A DNA stretch of 64,000 nt from Phallusia mammillata (lineage: Eukaryota). This document shows, piece by piece, positions 13,101 through 26,187 of this stretch (positions are counted from its first letter, which is position 1; each line of letters starts with the position of its first letter). Location: contig OZ281497.1 in assembly GCA_965637545.1 (NCBI GenBank), positions 8,866,001 through 8,930,000 on the forward strand, written 5' to 3'. The notes under the pieces were generated by a model. That model worked only from the letters and a program-made list of their open reading frames with translations, was not told where the DNA came from and made no database searches. Made by a program: the position numbers and the translations under genes.

Positions 13101-14191
13101 TCCATCTGTATAAATCAACACATGTATGAAGATATTAATGTTGTAATACATAAACCTAACACCATAACAGTATAAAACACACATGGGGAAAACAAATTAC
13201 AAAACATGAAAGCACATAAGATACAACAAAAACCAGCATCACTCATCATTCTTCCAACCAATTTTTTTTTGTAAATGACCTTTGATCTGTTAGCAAAACA
13301 TAAATACCTTCCAATGGAGGAAAACCTTTGCGATATGTGAACCAAGGTTTGGAGGCAAAATCTTTCAAAAAACTTTGAAAGTGGTCGTAGTCCTTAGAAA
13401 ACTTATCATCTTGTCCTGGGGAATCTGAAGCAAACAAATGGCACTTACATTATACAAAGCACAGTAATACCATGTGACAAAAAAGTGGTAAAAGCAAACA
13501 ATATTTTCCTATGTAGCCTAACATAACACATGTGTCCAGTTCCAATCAAATTCCATTTTAACCAATAGTATATTGCATATGTAAAATAAGTTCTGCAATA
13601 ACATTCTATGTATGTTTACAATTAACCAGCTTTTTGAAAATCTGTAGCCATTATGTCTCACCAAAAGCAGAATTTTCTATTGGAAGGTGAAAATGATAGC
13701 AGTTTCCAAGCAACCAGAGGGGCAGATCTTTTTTTACACTTGTTCCAGAGCTCATATCTGACATAAATGACATAGAAGTGGTTTGTGCATGAAACATCAA
13801 CCAATAATTAGGTCAGGATTCTTAGGTTAGGTCAGATCTATCTCTCAATTAACTGCCAGTTAAGTAAAATACAACACAAATGCAGAAAACTATTTCTTGC
13901 CCCCTAAGCTTCTTGCTATTTCTTTAATATTTAAGCAAACACAAACAAACTCTTCAAAACATAAATGTTGGATGTTACCATAAACTGACAATATTCAGAA
14001 TAGCTAAACTAAACTATGAACAGCTTCTTACCAAATTTAAAGTTATTCCAGGCTTCCAAAAACTTGGTTTTCATGGTGTCGTTTTCATCTGATTGCTTTG
14101 AGCTGTTTGGAGATCTTTCATTCGTCTGTGATCCAAATGACAATAACTTCATGTCGCTAATAAACCCGTCCATGGCCGCTTTAATCGACAT
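10159..14191 (-). CDS. ATG4: Cysteine protease ATG4C/D-like (peptidase C54), 540 aa, 9 exons
   Basis: Exons 14191-14032, 13757-13662, 13424-13308, 13105-13016, 12900-12754, 12557-12417, 12180-11884, 11525-11419, 10626-10159; all GT-AG and phase-consistent (1623 nt). Motifs [17 protein letters not shown], catalytic [32 protein letters not shown] (Asp/His), LDPSC and C-terminal LIR-like EDEFEFI. Confidence 0.95.
12231..12250. repeat. (AT)10 microsatellite in an ATG4 intron
   Basis: Direct reading. Confidence 0.9.
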
Positions 14192-14789
14192 TTTGAAAGT
14201 TCGGTGGATTGCGATCAAGCACCATACGCCGCAAAGAGAAACGTGATCTTTTGAAATCTTATTGTCGGCTTAGAAGATTCAATTGGCCCAGTGGAAAAGT
14301 TCAAAGCAAAGAAGTCATTATCTTTATTGAAGATAAAAAGTTCACACGTTGTACTGACTACATTGTGTCGCCGTATTAACGGGAAACTTAGCAACCTTTT
14401 TATACAGTGACATCATCACCTGGCAAAACGTTGTTTAGTCAACCGTAAATTCAGCAACAAAGTCACGTGAATAGTATACCTGGCAATAAAATGGATGACC
14501 CAACGACCAAGATTATAAATGACCTGAAATAAAAAATATTATCTGAATATTTAGTATCTCTTTATCTTTAAGTATGTATAACCTATTCATAGTAAATAAA
14601 TCATAGATAACTTACTCTGTGCTTAAATTAACAGGTAGGCTATATGGAATTTTCACACAAATTAACTAACACAGGCGTACGAAGATAGAAAGTATTTGCA
14701 CATTTATTGTTGTTTCTATCACTTTCCATTCAAACAGCGCGACGATGGAAAAGAAAACACAGCATTAACAAAACGCATAAGCTTTAGAC

Positions 14790-14994
14790 CAACTTTTTTA
14801 TTGTCGGGGCCCAATGGTATTTTTTAAGTGTGTAGAGAACCGCAAAAAATCGAAACCTTTAGAAAATCACTAAAGAAGATGACTTTGAAAGCTAAAATAG
14901 CAATGTTTGGTGGTTTTCTGAGGTCTGGCGCGAGCCGCAAAATAAGTATTTGGGAGTCGTATGCGGCCCCGAAAACCGAGTTTGAGAACCACTG
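14790..14994. mobile_element. hAT MITE with a damaged left terminus
   Basis: Intact right end TTGAGAACCACTG; 8-bp TSD CTTTAGAC on both sides (14782-14789, 14995-15002). The left end reads CAACTTTTT, as if about 10 nt of the TIR were deleted. Confidence 0.7.
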
Positions 14995-16423
14995 CTTTAG
15001 ACACATTGAGACGTGATTTATTTTTAAAATGAAGCATGGGTTTTAAACAGGCAATCACTGGGTCTATTTAATCTGCAAAATAAGACAGTCCCTGTAGAGA
15101 CTTGTGGCATGCAAAACTTACATCTCCCGCTCGCGAGCTTTTTTAGCCAGCCCTTTTTAGATTTGTTTAGGCAGGATAGTTTTATTTTTGGTGAAACTTT
15201 TCGCGTAGCCTTTAGTCAAATTTGGCGTGTATAAAAACGGAAAAACAACTCGCGCGTGCAGCTACCATACTGTGCAAACTCGGAGCACTGTTTGCAGTAA
15301 TCAGTCAAGCAAAGCGGCTCCCAGGGTAGATAATTAACGGTAAAGATGCAGTGCGTTTACCATCTTTCCACCAACTCTACCTTCTAGTCTGTCGCGCTCT
15401 TTAACGTTTTACCGTTGCGCAGCTATCTCCAGGAAGGTCAGTAGTTTAGTGCAATTGTGTCACTACGATTTTCAGACCGAGTGAATTAAACTTAACTTTA
15501 ACATACTAAAGGCATGTAGACCGGACGTACAGCGTAGCGAAGCGAGGTTGGGCGAACCATCAACGTTTTGGTGAAGGTAGTGCAAATACCACAACTGTTT
15601 GGCGGAAGATAAAAACGTTATAGATTATATATCTGACACAAATGCCTTAATGTAAAAAATGTAAGCCCGACTGAGGTACAAACTGTTCCGGTGAAGGGTT
15701 TGAGCAGGTTGAACAGGTTGCGGAATTTTGTTCTTGTTTCAGTACATCGCCAGCAAGTTTTGATTAGTTGTTTTCGTTAGTCAGACCCCTTGTGTCCAGA
15801 CAAACAACTAATTGTAGGATTCCAATTTCGCTTGGTCGCATGTTCAGAACATCGGTTTTCCTAATTTTTCAATCCAAAAAATAACAGTATTGTCAATGTA
15901 CGGCACAAACATTATCATAAAAAAAACAGACGGCTAAATACAAAAACCCAGATGAAATACGGCATATGTCATATGCGAACAACTCCTCGTTTTTCTTCAT
16001 GGTTGTGCCCGCGTTCCCTTACAAGGCATCCGGTCACGAACTACATGCCATATTATCTCAAGGAAAATCACACACTTGATCGCAAACGTGCTCACAAATG
16101 GCTTAATTTTCACATACAAATCCCATATGTAACGTAATGTTTAAGTGCCCTGTAATTATTTCGAGCTTGAGGCCGAATGTTTCCTTTTTTCACTCTAACT
16201 AATTCAATATTAATTTCCGTGCAAATCGTTACGTCCTAGTTTGACCTTTATGGTTGACTGACCTCGCTTGTCAAATGAACCACTTTCCTAGTTTTTGAAA
16301 TAAACCAAATAGCGGTTATCGAAGGGGTGTGCATACAAAGTAGTTACGAACATGTTAAACGTTTGGGTGGTGTTGAAAATGCAGTATAGATTTACAATGA
16401 TGTCAGTGCGTAGACTACAAAAA

Positions 16424-16481
16424 TGTAGCAAGGAACTATTTATACAAGCATTCTGTAGCAAGGAACTATTTATACAAGCAT
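16424..16481. repeat. Short tandem duplication (TGTAGCAAGGAACTATTTATACAAGCAT x2)
   Basis: Direct reading. Confidence 0.85.
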
Positions 16482-16738
16482 ACAAGCACGTTTTACTTAG
16501 CTGTACAGTTTATTAAATGTTTTTTTTTAAACATTTTTTTAATTTAAATTAGTTCCTTTTTCCTCAAGTGGTATCAAACGTTATCGTTTAATTTTCTGCC
16601 TCATATAAAAACAGTATTCGTTCGTATCAGAATCGCAAGCAAAATATTGGCACATCAGTTAGAATTGTGATAAAATAATGAATCTTTGCTGTGCTTTTAG
16701 CTGAAAGGAACAATACAGCGATCATTAAAGTGATTAAA

Positions 16739-19700
16739 ATGGTTTTGAAAAGTCCCTTTCCTAACGTGCGGATTCCGTCAAAACCTTTTGGGAAGTATAT
16801 GCTGGACATGTGGAAAACGTATGGGGACTCTATCGCAGTGGTGAGTGTGCTTGGGCTTGCGAGAAAAAAATTACAAATTCAGTAACACCGATTTTTCACA
16901 AAATGACCCTTAGAGGCATAAAAGCCTTCTTGTTAAAGAATTACGTCAAGATTAAGTTCTAAGTTTCAGCAATTAAGTGCTTAATTTTTTGTAAGTCTTT
17001 AAACACTCATAACGACGTTTCTCTCCGTTTTGTCAAGTTGAGCCATGCAGACATATGATTTCATAAGCTAAAATCAGAAATTTATTTAAGCTTCATTCTA
17101 ACATGCTTCACAACTTGAAACTGTGAGTAAAAATGACGAAGATATTGTGGTGAATAAAAACCTGAAGTTGATTATGCAAATGCTACAATTAAAACGCTTT
17201 CTTTATATTTGGTACCAACTTTTGCAGATCGATGACGCGACGGGAGGGGCCACCTATACGTACAAACAACTACACAGTCATGCTGTCCAGTGTGCAAGCA
17301 TGTTTCGCGGAATGGGTATTACTAGGGGCGACGAGATTGCAATGTGCTGTGTAGTAGGTCATAATAGTCGCATCTGCCTGGTGCGGAGCAATAGTAAAGA
17401 CTTGCGACCCCAACTGCGAAAAAGGTTACAGTTTGTTATGTGAAGAGTAAAACCCAACAGAGTGCAAACAAGTAGTGAAAATTTATTATTCAGATCCATG
17501 TTTAAATTCCTCATTTAAATTTCCTGATTCGTTGTGCAGAAACAAAAAAAAACTACTGCTTGCAAAAGCTCTTTAACTTTAGGGTAAAAAAACTTTAGGG
17601 TTGCTATAGGGTAAAAGCTTAATACTGTGAGCATGCTCTTTGTGTGTGTTAACATTCTGCTAAGAACAGAATAAATCCAATTTGCCTTGTTTGTGGATTG
17701 CAGATGACATGGTATCCGCTCTAAGTCGTTCAAATCCAAAGTTAGTTTTTATCGATGGAGAGAGTTTTATAATGATGAACAGAATTGTAAAGGAATGTGT
17801 TCCTACCATTCAGGTACCTCTGTATAAATGTAATGGACCGTCAGAATAACACATTAATCCCTTCGTTAAGATTGATGTTGTTTGTCTTGTTTTTAAGTTT
17901 ATTTTTTCTGTCAAAAAATGTGAGGATTGTCCGAGCTTCTGGTCTTTGTTGAAAAAGACGAAGGAAATAGGTAAAAATAATTGACAAATTTAAAATACTT
18001 TTGTAAGCCCACGAAACATAATAAAACTTTAAAATAACTGTACACCCTTGTAAGATACATAAAATATCACTCTAATTTGTAGACATTGAAAATGGTGGAA
18101 GTGTAAACGACGCAGTAATGTATATTTCCACGAGTGGCACCACTGGAAAGCCAAAGGATATCATACTTACAAGCGCAAATATGGTGTCGATTTTAACCAT
18201 TTCAAGGTGAATTACATTAAATCAAAATATAGGCTTTCATATATTATCCAGCACATCCAAATCCGTTTTCAAATATTAAAAATATTATTATATCAGGTTT
18301 ATGATACGACTGAATTGTATAGATGCTTATAATCAGTACAGTCTTAAGATAAACTATTTCCGTAGCAATAATCGTAATTGAAACGTAAGGATGGAATGGT
18401 AACCCGCCGGACTTACTAAATATCTGCCACTTGTTCCTCAATGTAATCAGAATCTATCTGTTACAAAATCGTAAGTTATATCACTTTTAGAATCGCACAT
18501 CGCCATTCAAGAAAAGACGTGCTCTTAATGGTGCTTCCCTTATTTCGGGGTGGAGGATTTATGTTTTCTTTTATGTGCCTTGACCAAGGTGCAACATTGG
18601 TTGTGGAAAACAGCACTCCTGTCCGACATGTATTGCAAAGCATAGACAAACGGAAGGTTAGATTTAAACAAGGCAATATAGGCAGAACAAAATCTGCAGG
18701 GGGCAACAATACTGTGGCTTTACACAAACTGCTTTAAACACAGTTTTTAGAACCATAATTTATTTGTTTAAGAGTTTTTGGAGCCAAAATTTATTTTTAA
18801 AAACTTTTCCATCCATTAGCAACGCTAGCAGACGAAAAAAATGCTCACTTTGTTACAAAACAGTACAATGGCCATCACGATGAATTGTGTTTTTTAGGCA
18901 ACCCTGATGATCGCGGTACCAAATTTTCTTTACCAAATGGCGAAATGTGCTCATACGACGCATTATGACACGTCATCGTTAAATCGGATGATATGTGGTG
19001 CAGCCCCAATGCCAAAATATGTCGCTGATTTAGCGGTGAAAGTATTTGGAGCAACAATTATACAAAGTATGTACCAAATGCAAATCCAATAGATATTTTC
19101 CCTCTTTAAAAATGCCAATGTGGCAATTCGAAAAAAAACTTTTTGTACACATATACTACATTTTTGCAAAGAATAGACCAAAAAATAATAAAGCAAAGCA
19201 AACACACGATATAAAAATGTGTAATATGTGTTTATTATTTTACCCAGCTCACAAAAACTCTTCATTACAAAACCTACATTTTGATTACAAAATCACTTGC
19301 AACAGACAATATAAAAGCTAATATGCTTATATGTTAATAATTGCTGCTTTTAAGGTTATGGTTTGTCTGAATGCATGAAAATCACTTCGGGATTAGATCC
19401 AGATTGTCCACAGACATCCGTAGGAACCTTGAATTGCAATATTATGCTAAAGGTAAATATACCACCACTATTGTATCATTAATGTATTGTATCCTATTGT
19501 GACACTTTAGACTAGAGAATCGGACAAAATAGTTGCAAGATTTTCTTCTTCACTTTTACTTTTAGGTAATTGATTTGCAAACTAGAAAGGAACTTGGTAC
19601 TCTGGGGAAAGGGGAACTTTGTGTAAAAGCACCCCAGGTTTGAAAAAAAAAGTTTGTTTTATTTTTACTCGGCGGCGGAAAACGAAAGTAATTGAAACTA

Positions 19701-21205
19701 AATGCTTTTTTGGCGTTTGTGATACCAATTGATACGGCATACATTACTAAACAATGCATTGGTGTACTGGTTGTTTGGTTCGATAATTTAATGAGGTATA
19801 ATCAAACCATTTTTATGTGAGTTTTTTGTATCAAACTCGTTTCATGTGAAAATAATTCGACCAAAAAAACCTTAATTTTTTATGTCTTTGTCTTACTTTT
19901 TTGTTACAAACAGTTAATGAAGGGTTACCTTGACCAGCCCGGGAAAACTGCTCAATGCATTGACTCAGACGGGTGGTTTCACACAGGTGACTACGGTTAC
20001 TATGACAGCCACGGGTATGTGTACGTCATCGACAGGATCACAGACCTTATACAGTGCGGCCAAGCAAAGGTTAAAACTTAAAAATAACACTTTTTTGAAA
20101 CTAAGTATAGTTAAATGAAGTCTAATCCTTGACAGCTACTATAAGTGTTGCTTGTGAATACTAAACTACGGTATATTGATTAGATTTGTTTTTGTCGTAT
20201 CTTTTTATGATGCTCTAAGTCTAAGAGGAAACATGGCACGTCTAATTGTAAGTTAGTACTGATTTACGTATCATTTTTTGGTATTGCTCTAGAGCAGGGG
20301 TCCGCCAATACTTTTTGGCGCGACCCTAAAAAAAATTGCTCTAAATTATCGCGACCCAAGCATTTTGTTAGCATGTAAGTTTGTGGAATATACTAAGCAA
20401 CTAGATATCAATACTATGACTGCTATTATGCTTTGGTCAGTTGCTATTTTCTTGCACAAATTAAAGCGAAACTCAGCACATAAAACAGTATGTAAACGAA
20501 CGTATTTATTCAGCAAAACGGTAACAGAAAAGCATGACCGCTTGCGCAGTTGCGCTTAACTTATTGCATTGTTACATAGACTACGCAGTGACATGTAACA
20601 ATGCAATAATAATTAGGTTGAAAATACTGAAAGTTACTATAGATACTATAAATGCAATGCTTATATTCGACCCAAATTTGGGTCGCGATCCACTATTTGC
20701 GGACCCCTGCTCTAGAGTAGAGTCTAGACATAACTTAGATTATACCAACAAATGCCCAAGCTGGCAGCTACTCATTAAAATCGAACAAAAATTACAATTT
20801 GTAAAGTTTCCAGGTAAATATACTTTATGCATGTTTTGTCCAGTTGGCACCACAGGAATTTGATAACATCTTGTTAAGTCAGCACAAAATTGCTGACGCA
20901 GCGGTGGTAGGTGTACCACATGAAGAGTTAGGGGAAGTACCTGTTGCGTTTGTGGTCAAAAAAGACGCAAACCTAACCGAGGAAGACATTTTACACCACA
21001 TCAGTGGTAAGTAGTAACTTGTGAATGTCTTCCTTTGTTAAGGCTTAATACAATATAAGCTTGTTTTTTTAATGTAGATAAAATGTATTTACACAATCTG
21101 TTACGGGGAAGGATTTGCTTTATAAAAGAAATCCCAAGAGCCGGGTACACTAAAGTTCAACGAAAACAGCTGCGGGAAAGTAGGTTATCGGACAACATAC
21201 TTTGA
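16739..21205 (+). CDS. 4-coumarate:CoA ligase / firefly luciferase-like acyl-CoA synthetase (ANL superfamily), 12 exons, frameshift in exon 2 (possible pseudogene, null allele or assembly error)
   Basis: Exons 16739-16840, 17228-17424, 17704-17813, 17898-17970, 18083-18206, 18491-18656, 18898-19066, 19355-19452, 19566-19637, 19914-20069, 20844-21006, 21078-21205. Motifs YISTSGTTGKPK, GAAP, SYGLSE, GELCVKAPQLMKGY, GWFHTGD, DAAVVGVPHEELGEVPVAFVV and C-terminal Lys (PRAGYTKV). Every junction is phase-consistent except exon 2 (197 nt, 3n+1 needed). Confidence 0.88.
20295..20709. mobile_element. hAT MITE (415 bp) in intron 10 of the ligase gene
   Basis: TIRs CAGGGGTCCGCCAATA / TATTTGCGGACCCCTG; perfect TSD CTCTAGAG (20287-20294, 20710-20717). 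Confidence 0.93.
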
Positions 21206-21219
21206 TTCCACAAGCGAAT

Positions 21220-21753
21220 GGGTGCCTTCGAATACTACAGGTGCGCTAGGTGCGCTTGGTACCCCGCTTGGTAATCATTTTTCGTACAACGTAACTTAAA
21301 AATAGTGCAGGTAACTCTCTTTGGTGCGATTAAACTCATAACAGTTACGACGTAACTCGAAAATACTGCAGCTGTCCTGTTTTTTGCGACAAATCGTAAA
21401 TACTCCAGTGAACGTTAAAACACGCATATAATGCTGGAAAAGTGTTACGATAGTCCTAACACATACCCCAAACTTAAACCCTAAACTTAAACCCTAACCC
21501 TAACCCTAACCCTAACCCTAACCCTAACCCTAACCCTAACCCTAATCTTAACCAAATCATTAAAAACAGTACCTTCAGCATTATTACGTTACGTCGCAGT
21601 AACTACAAGTTTCCTCGCTTCAAAAAAGGTTACCTGCACTATTTTAGGGGTTTGTTGCATTAAAACGAGTTACCTGTAGCATACCTAGCGAAGTACCTAG
21701 CGGACTAAGCGCACTTAGCGCACCAAGCGGACCTGCTGTTTTCGAAGGCACCG
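21220..21753. mobile_element. MITE with 9-bp TSD (MULE- or Merlin-like) carrying an internal telomere-type array
   Basis: TIRs GGTGCCTTCGAA / TTCGAAGGCACC; TSD CAAGCGAAT (21211-21219, 21754-21762); long internal inverted segments (AAATAGTGCAGGTAAC / GTTACCTGCACTATTT). Confidence 0.85.
21492..21545 (-). repeat. Interstitial telomere-type repeat (TTAGGG)9 with degenerate flanks
   Basis: Nine perfect CCCTAA units on the + strand inside the 21220-21753 element. Confidence 0.95.
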
Positions 21754-23496
21754 CAAGCGAATAAAGCTGACCGATTTGCTTCTTTTTCTTTCGAGCCACG
21801 TTTCCAAGTCCAAAAATACAATAAACTTAGTTGAAAATCACATCGTTCACGTCTTAGTTAACACATTTTTTTGGCAAGTTTAATGTGTATGTACCAGATC
21901 AGTTTGGTTGGTGCTTAAAACTGTCGGATTCTGAAGAATCTACGACCTTCTGTGGAATTAGAAAATCGAAATATGGGTGTTAAGCTTGGGCCTGAAACAA
22001 ATTCAAGCTTAGGTTATCCTCAGACAAAAGAAGACAATAATACACTTGTTGCGTTGTTTGACTGCGATTTGATGAATCTGACACGAGAATAGGTTTCATT
22101 TCATATAAATAACGGGTTCAAATCTTTGAACTTAAGTTCGCATGCACTTATTACATAGGCAAACCCGGCGCAAGAGGTTCCGCCTCTGTTCCAAAGGATG
22201 CTTTGCTTTTAAAAAAACTGGGTGATAAATACAACATCCTTCAGAATGTTATCGTTGTCAAACAAATTTTTACAGGTCAAAATGTGAAACGTGTTTTAGA
22301 CCGATCATCTACAACTGCTCATGGTTTATATTTTTGTGTTACTTGCTGCACCATTGATAGATGCATGTACGAAGACAGTAAATGCAGAACAATTTATTTT
22401 GCAATTCCACGCAATTAAGCAGAGAAATATAGTGTGGTTTTAGTAAATCTTTTATTCAGTAACCCACAATGTTTAGACAAGCCACAGCTGGTACATAATT
22501 AGTTTCCTATTAGCTATATTGAGAAACTTTTCATGATATATCTCAAGCATGTAGCTTAAGAAACTAGTTTATATAGTTTCCTCCGACGAATAAAGTTTTT
22601 TATTACTTCCCGTCATGTATAGGCCTACAACATGTCCATATAAAGCGCACTCTTTCAAAAAACTCTGTCGCAAGGCTTTTGGTTACGAATTGTGACTGTA
22701 TGGGCCAGGTATTGATGTACTATCACAAGTTTGTCATTTCTGCACACAAACGATAATTTCTTGTTTTGCCAAAAAACATCAGGATTTAGTTGTTATTTTT
22801 CCAAGTAAATCTTTTTGCAGAAGTATATTTGCAAACATGGTTTTGACAACCTCAGGCCCAAGACTTTCGTTTACTTTGTTGATTAGTGAAAAAGATCAAT
22901 GTTAACTAGTAACTTCCGGAAAGCTAGTTAAAAGGCGAAACTAATGTATATAGACATCACCTGATTGTGTGTTGCCGCTACAGAAAAAACAATGAACTTT
23001 TACTGCGAATACATATAAGGTCAAGCCTAAGTTGACTCTAATATAGTTAACATAAACATAATAGGGGGAAACCTGCCAGCTGTCGACAAACGGAAGTTAG
23101 CTGAGCGTGTGAAGTGACAAAGTGCACAACCTTCTAGCCTTTACAGGATGAAGACCTCTAAAGCTGCAGTTGACCAAAGCTTGCAGTACATTAAAAGAAC
23201 ACAGTTGCCGTTAGACACGTACAAAGTACAACACAGACTTTAAAAGAAGAAACTTGGCGAGCCAAAGCGTTGTTGGAAAGAATAATGGTCATTGTGGTGA
23301 AAGAATAAATTAGAATACATTTTGAGACAGTGAGTTAGAACGTGCGCACAAAGACATTCAGTATTTGCGTTTACCTAATGATAATTTCGAACAATTTACC
23401 GAGTCAAAACTAGAAACAGTATGACCACCAGTAACGTGCATTTTTCATCATTTTTTTCGTCATTTTTTATTTTTCGCAGAACACTGACAAATAAAC

Positions 23497-24180
23497 ATGG
23501 CCGAAGCGTTAACTGATAAATTTGAGGTCAAGAGCCTGACTATGGAAGACTACGAGAAAGAGGTCGCCGATTTCATTCAGGAGTTTTACACAAAAGGCGA
23601 CGTGCTTTTCCAAGCCTCAAATTCGACGTTGGAGGACGAAAATGGCATTTACGAGTTTCGGGCAAAAGTAGCCATCCAACATCATGGAGCTTCATTTGGG
23701 ATGTACGAAAAATCTACAGGAAAGCTAGTGGCGGTCAAGGTGAATTTCGTGCACAGCAAAAACTGCACCAGCACCCCTACCAGCATGCTGAGCGAGAAGT
23801 ATAGCTCAGAGAACATGTCCGAAAATGCCGAAGTTGTGATTCGTTTTGTAGACGTTTTTTTGGGCGACGTCTTTACTGAATTGCAGACCGACAAGTACAT
23901 GGAACTAGGCATGACCTGCGTTCATCGTGATTTTACAAAACTAGGAATGGCAACTTATCTAGGCAAACTTAGCGAGATCAGAGCCAAGGAACTGGGGTGT
24001 CAGTACTTGGTGTCGTTTGCAACTTCGGCGTACTCTCAGAAGATATGCGCCAAATTCGGATTTACACTCCTCCGTGAGATTGTGTACGCAGACTACGTTG
24101 ATAAACCTACTGGCAAAAAGCCCTTCAAATCAATTCCTGGACAAACGCACGCAAGGCTCTTTTACCAAAAAATATGCTGA
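23497..24180 (+). CDS. GNAT N-acyltransferase resembling insect-type arylalkylamine (dopamine) N-acetyltransferases, 227 aa, single coding exon
   Basis: Acceptor TTTTCGCAG ends at 23479, just before the ATG. C-terminal LGMTCVHRDFTKLGMA...ATSAYSQKICAKFGFTLLREIVYADY resembles insect Dat/AANATL (ILSVD..YRGLGIA...CSSHYSARVMEKLGF....FADY). Confidence 0.8.
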   Translation: MAEALTDKFEVKSLTMEDYEKEVADFIQEFYTKGDVLFQASNSTLEDENGIYEFRAKVAIQHHGASFGMYEKSTGKLVAVKVNFVHSKNCTSTPTSMLSEKYSSENMSENAEVVIRFVDVFLGDVFTELQTDKYMELGMTCVHRDFTKLGMATYLGKLSEIRAKELGCQYLVSFATSAYSQKICAKFGFTLLREIVYADYVDKPTGKKPFKSIPGQTHARLFYQKIC

Positions 24181-26187
24181 GCAATAGTATGACTGTGTGG
24201 CAAGCTTAGTAGGCACTGAACAACTGCAGTTTTTCTTCGAACTGTATGAAAACATAATTTAGCACCCCTGCATTAATGCTTTACTGTTAATTCTGAACAC
24301 AAACATCATACCATTTTACAAGCCTTTCAAAGCAACCGGACACTGACGTTGTTACGTGTCAATGGTGCCGCCTGTGACATCACAACCATCATCATGCAGC
24401 AAGACTTTTCGTTGCTAAGTTTTTGCTAACGATTTGGTTAACTATTTTAACAAATAATAGCCAGTAATGTTATCCAGTCTTGAATATCCCATATACCATT
24501 CTAGGAAACTCCATTTTGATGAATATGTTTGTTATTTTGCAACGTTGCGTCAGAATGATAATGTGCTGAAAGTCGTTGTACGTGCTAGCGCTAAATATAT
24601 ATAACACAGAACATGACTCGATTAGAATGGGTTGTCATAAATTACAGTGTCGTACAACGGACAAATGCCTTGAACTCTACAGTGCACGCACCAAAGATGT
24701 TTGTTGGCGTTTGAAACCGTGTATATTTGCAAAAGGCTATTTTATGCATAAACAACTACAGTAATTTGTTTTTCGCAAGCGTTGTGACGTCAGCTAAATA
24801 AACAGACGTTGAATTGATGTAGATGGCGTTCGTGTGACGTATTTTGAGTTGTTTTCAAAGGAAAACGAACTAAACAGACTTTAGTAGCTACCATTAGTAT
24901 CAATTTTGAGCACAATGTTAAACGCTGAATCAGTATTACGGCTTCGTCATTCAATACGTGAAGCACTATAATTTTAACGGCTGTCAAAGCACAGGCCTGT
25001 CTCCCTGTAGGCTTGGAACTGATTTGCATTAAGTTTGGTGACGCGATGGTGTGAGTTTATAGCGTAGCGCGCAGTTAATGCTGGTGCTTAAATTCTATTT
25101 TTTGACGAGGTGGATCAAGCGAGTTCATGTTTGTTTTACAAAGCTTTATAACAATCTTTTACGTCGCATTAAAGCGCGTAAATTGCAACATGTCATAGCT
25201 GTAGTAGTACAAGCTTTCTGACAGGCAGGTAACAAAGAGAGTGCGAATATCTGTTTTAAGGTTTTTCATTGCAGGCAAAAAGCATTACGCTTTGAGATTC
25301 ACATTTGTGTGTTTATATTACTTTGACAGCAAGAAAGCCTTTAGTTATTTACGAAAAGGGCTACTTCGCAAATCCAATCGTTATGAGTGCCACATAGTTC
25401 GAAATTAGTCGTACTATGCAAAAATATGGTAAGTTTTGTTCAATAACTCTTTCAACGTATGTTCGACATCGCTATAAAAAAAAATTTTTAGTTTTTGGTA
25501 CGAATACAGAGTTGTTTTCACTCACAGCGCAGCACACGCAGTCGTCATTCATTGGCAGCATATCATATGATTCGTCTTTCACTCACAGCATGACAAAATA
25601 GTCGTTTCTTTTTGTGGTGCCTTTAGCCAGGTGGGGATTGGAGGCAAGACTCACAGCCCATTGTCTAGTTATAAAGGTGCAAAAGCAGTTTAAATTAACT
25701 CGCAAGTAACCAGCTTAGGGCCTATATAATAACATTTGTATTGTCATTACAACATAAATTGTTAGCACAAAGATAGTATTTGGGTGTGAAACATCACAAT
25801 AATTCGGCAGTTCCTATTGTCCTCCCTTCTGTTGGTTTTATTTCACCTAACGATGACAATACAAACCTTCGAAATGTTATGATGTTTTACACTCAACTAC
25901 TGGCTTGTATAATTTGCTCACAACAATTAGAATCGTACATTGTGTACCTACGTGAGGTTCAACATTGTACATTAACACGCTTGTCCGCACAAAATTAGTA
26001 AATATGGGCGCAGCCCTTTTCAGGAATTATGCCAACGTAGGTACGAATAACAATTTTCAAGAGAAGGTTTAATTGCGTCAACTTACAAAAAGAGAATTTA
26101 GTGACTAAAGACTAAACTTAGATATTAAATATTTTTTACCTCAAACAGGTACCACGTGCCCAAAATAGCTAACACAATAAACGTAGT

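Noticed and set aside
15322-15390. Possible pre-miRNA hairpin (GGTAAAGATG...CATCTTTCC)
   Set aside because: Stem is short and imperfect with no recognised mature miRNA; it would need small-RNA data.
21492-21545. True chromosome end or telomere fusion site
   Set aside because: Only nine units, single orientation, enclosed within TIRs and a TSD, so it was transposon-borne.
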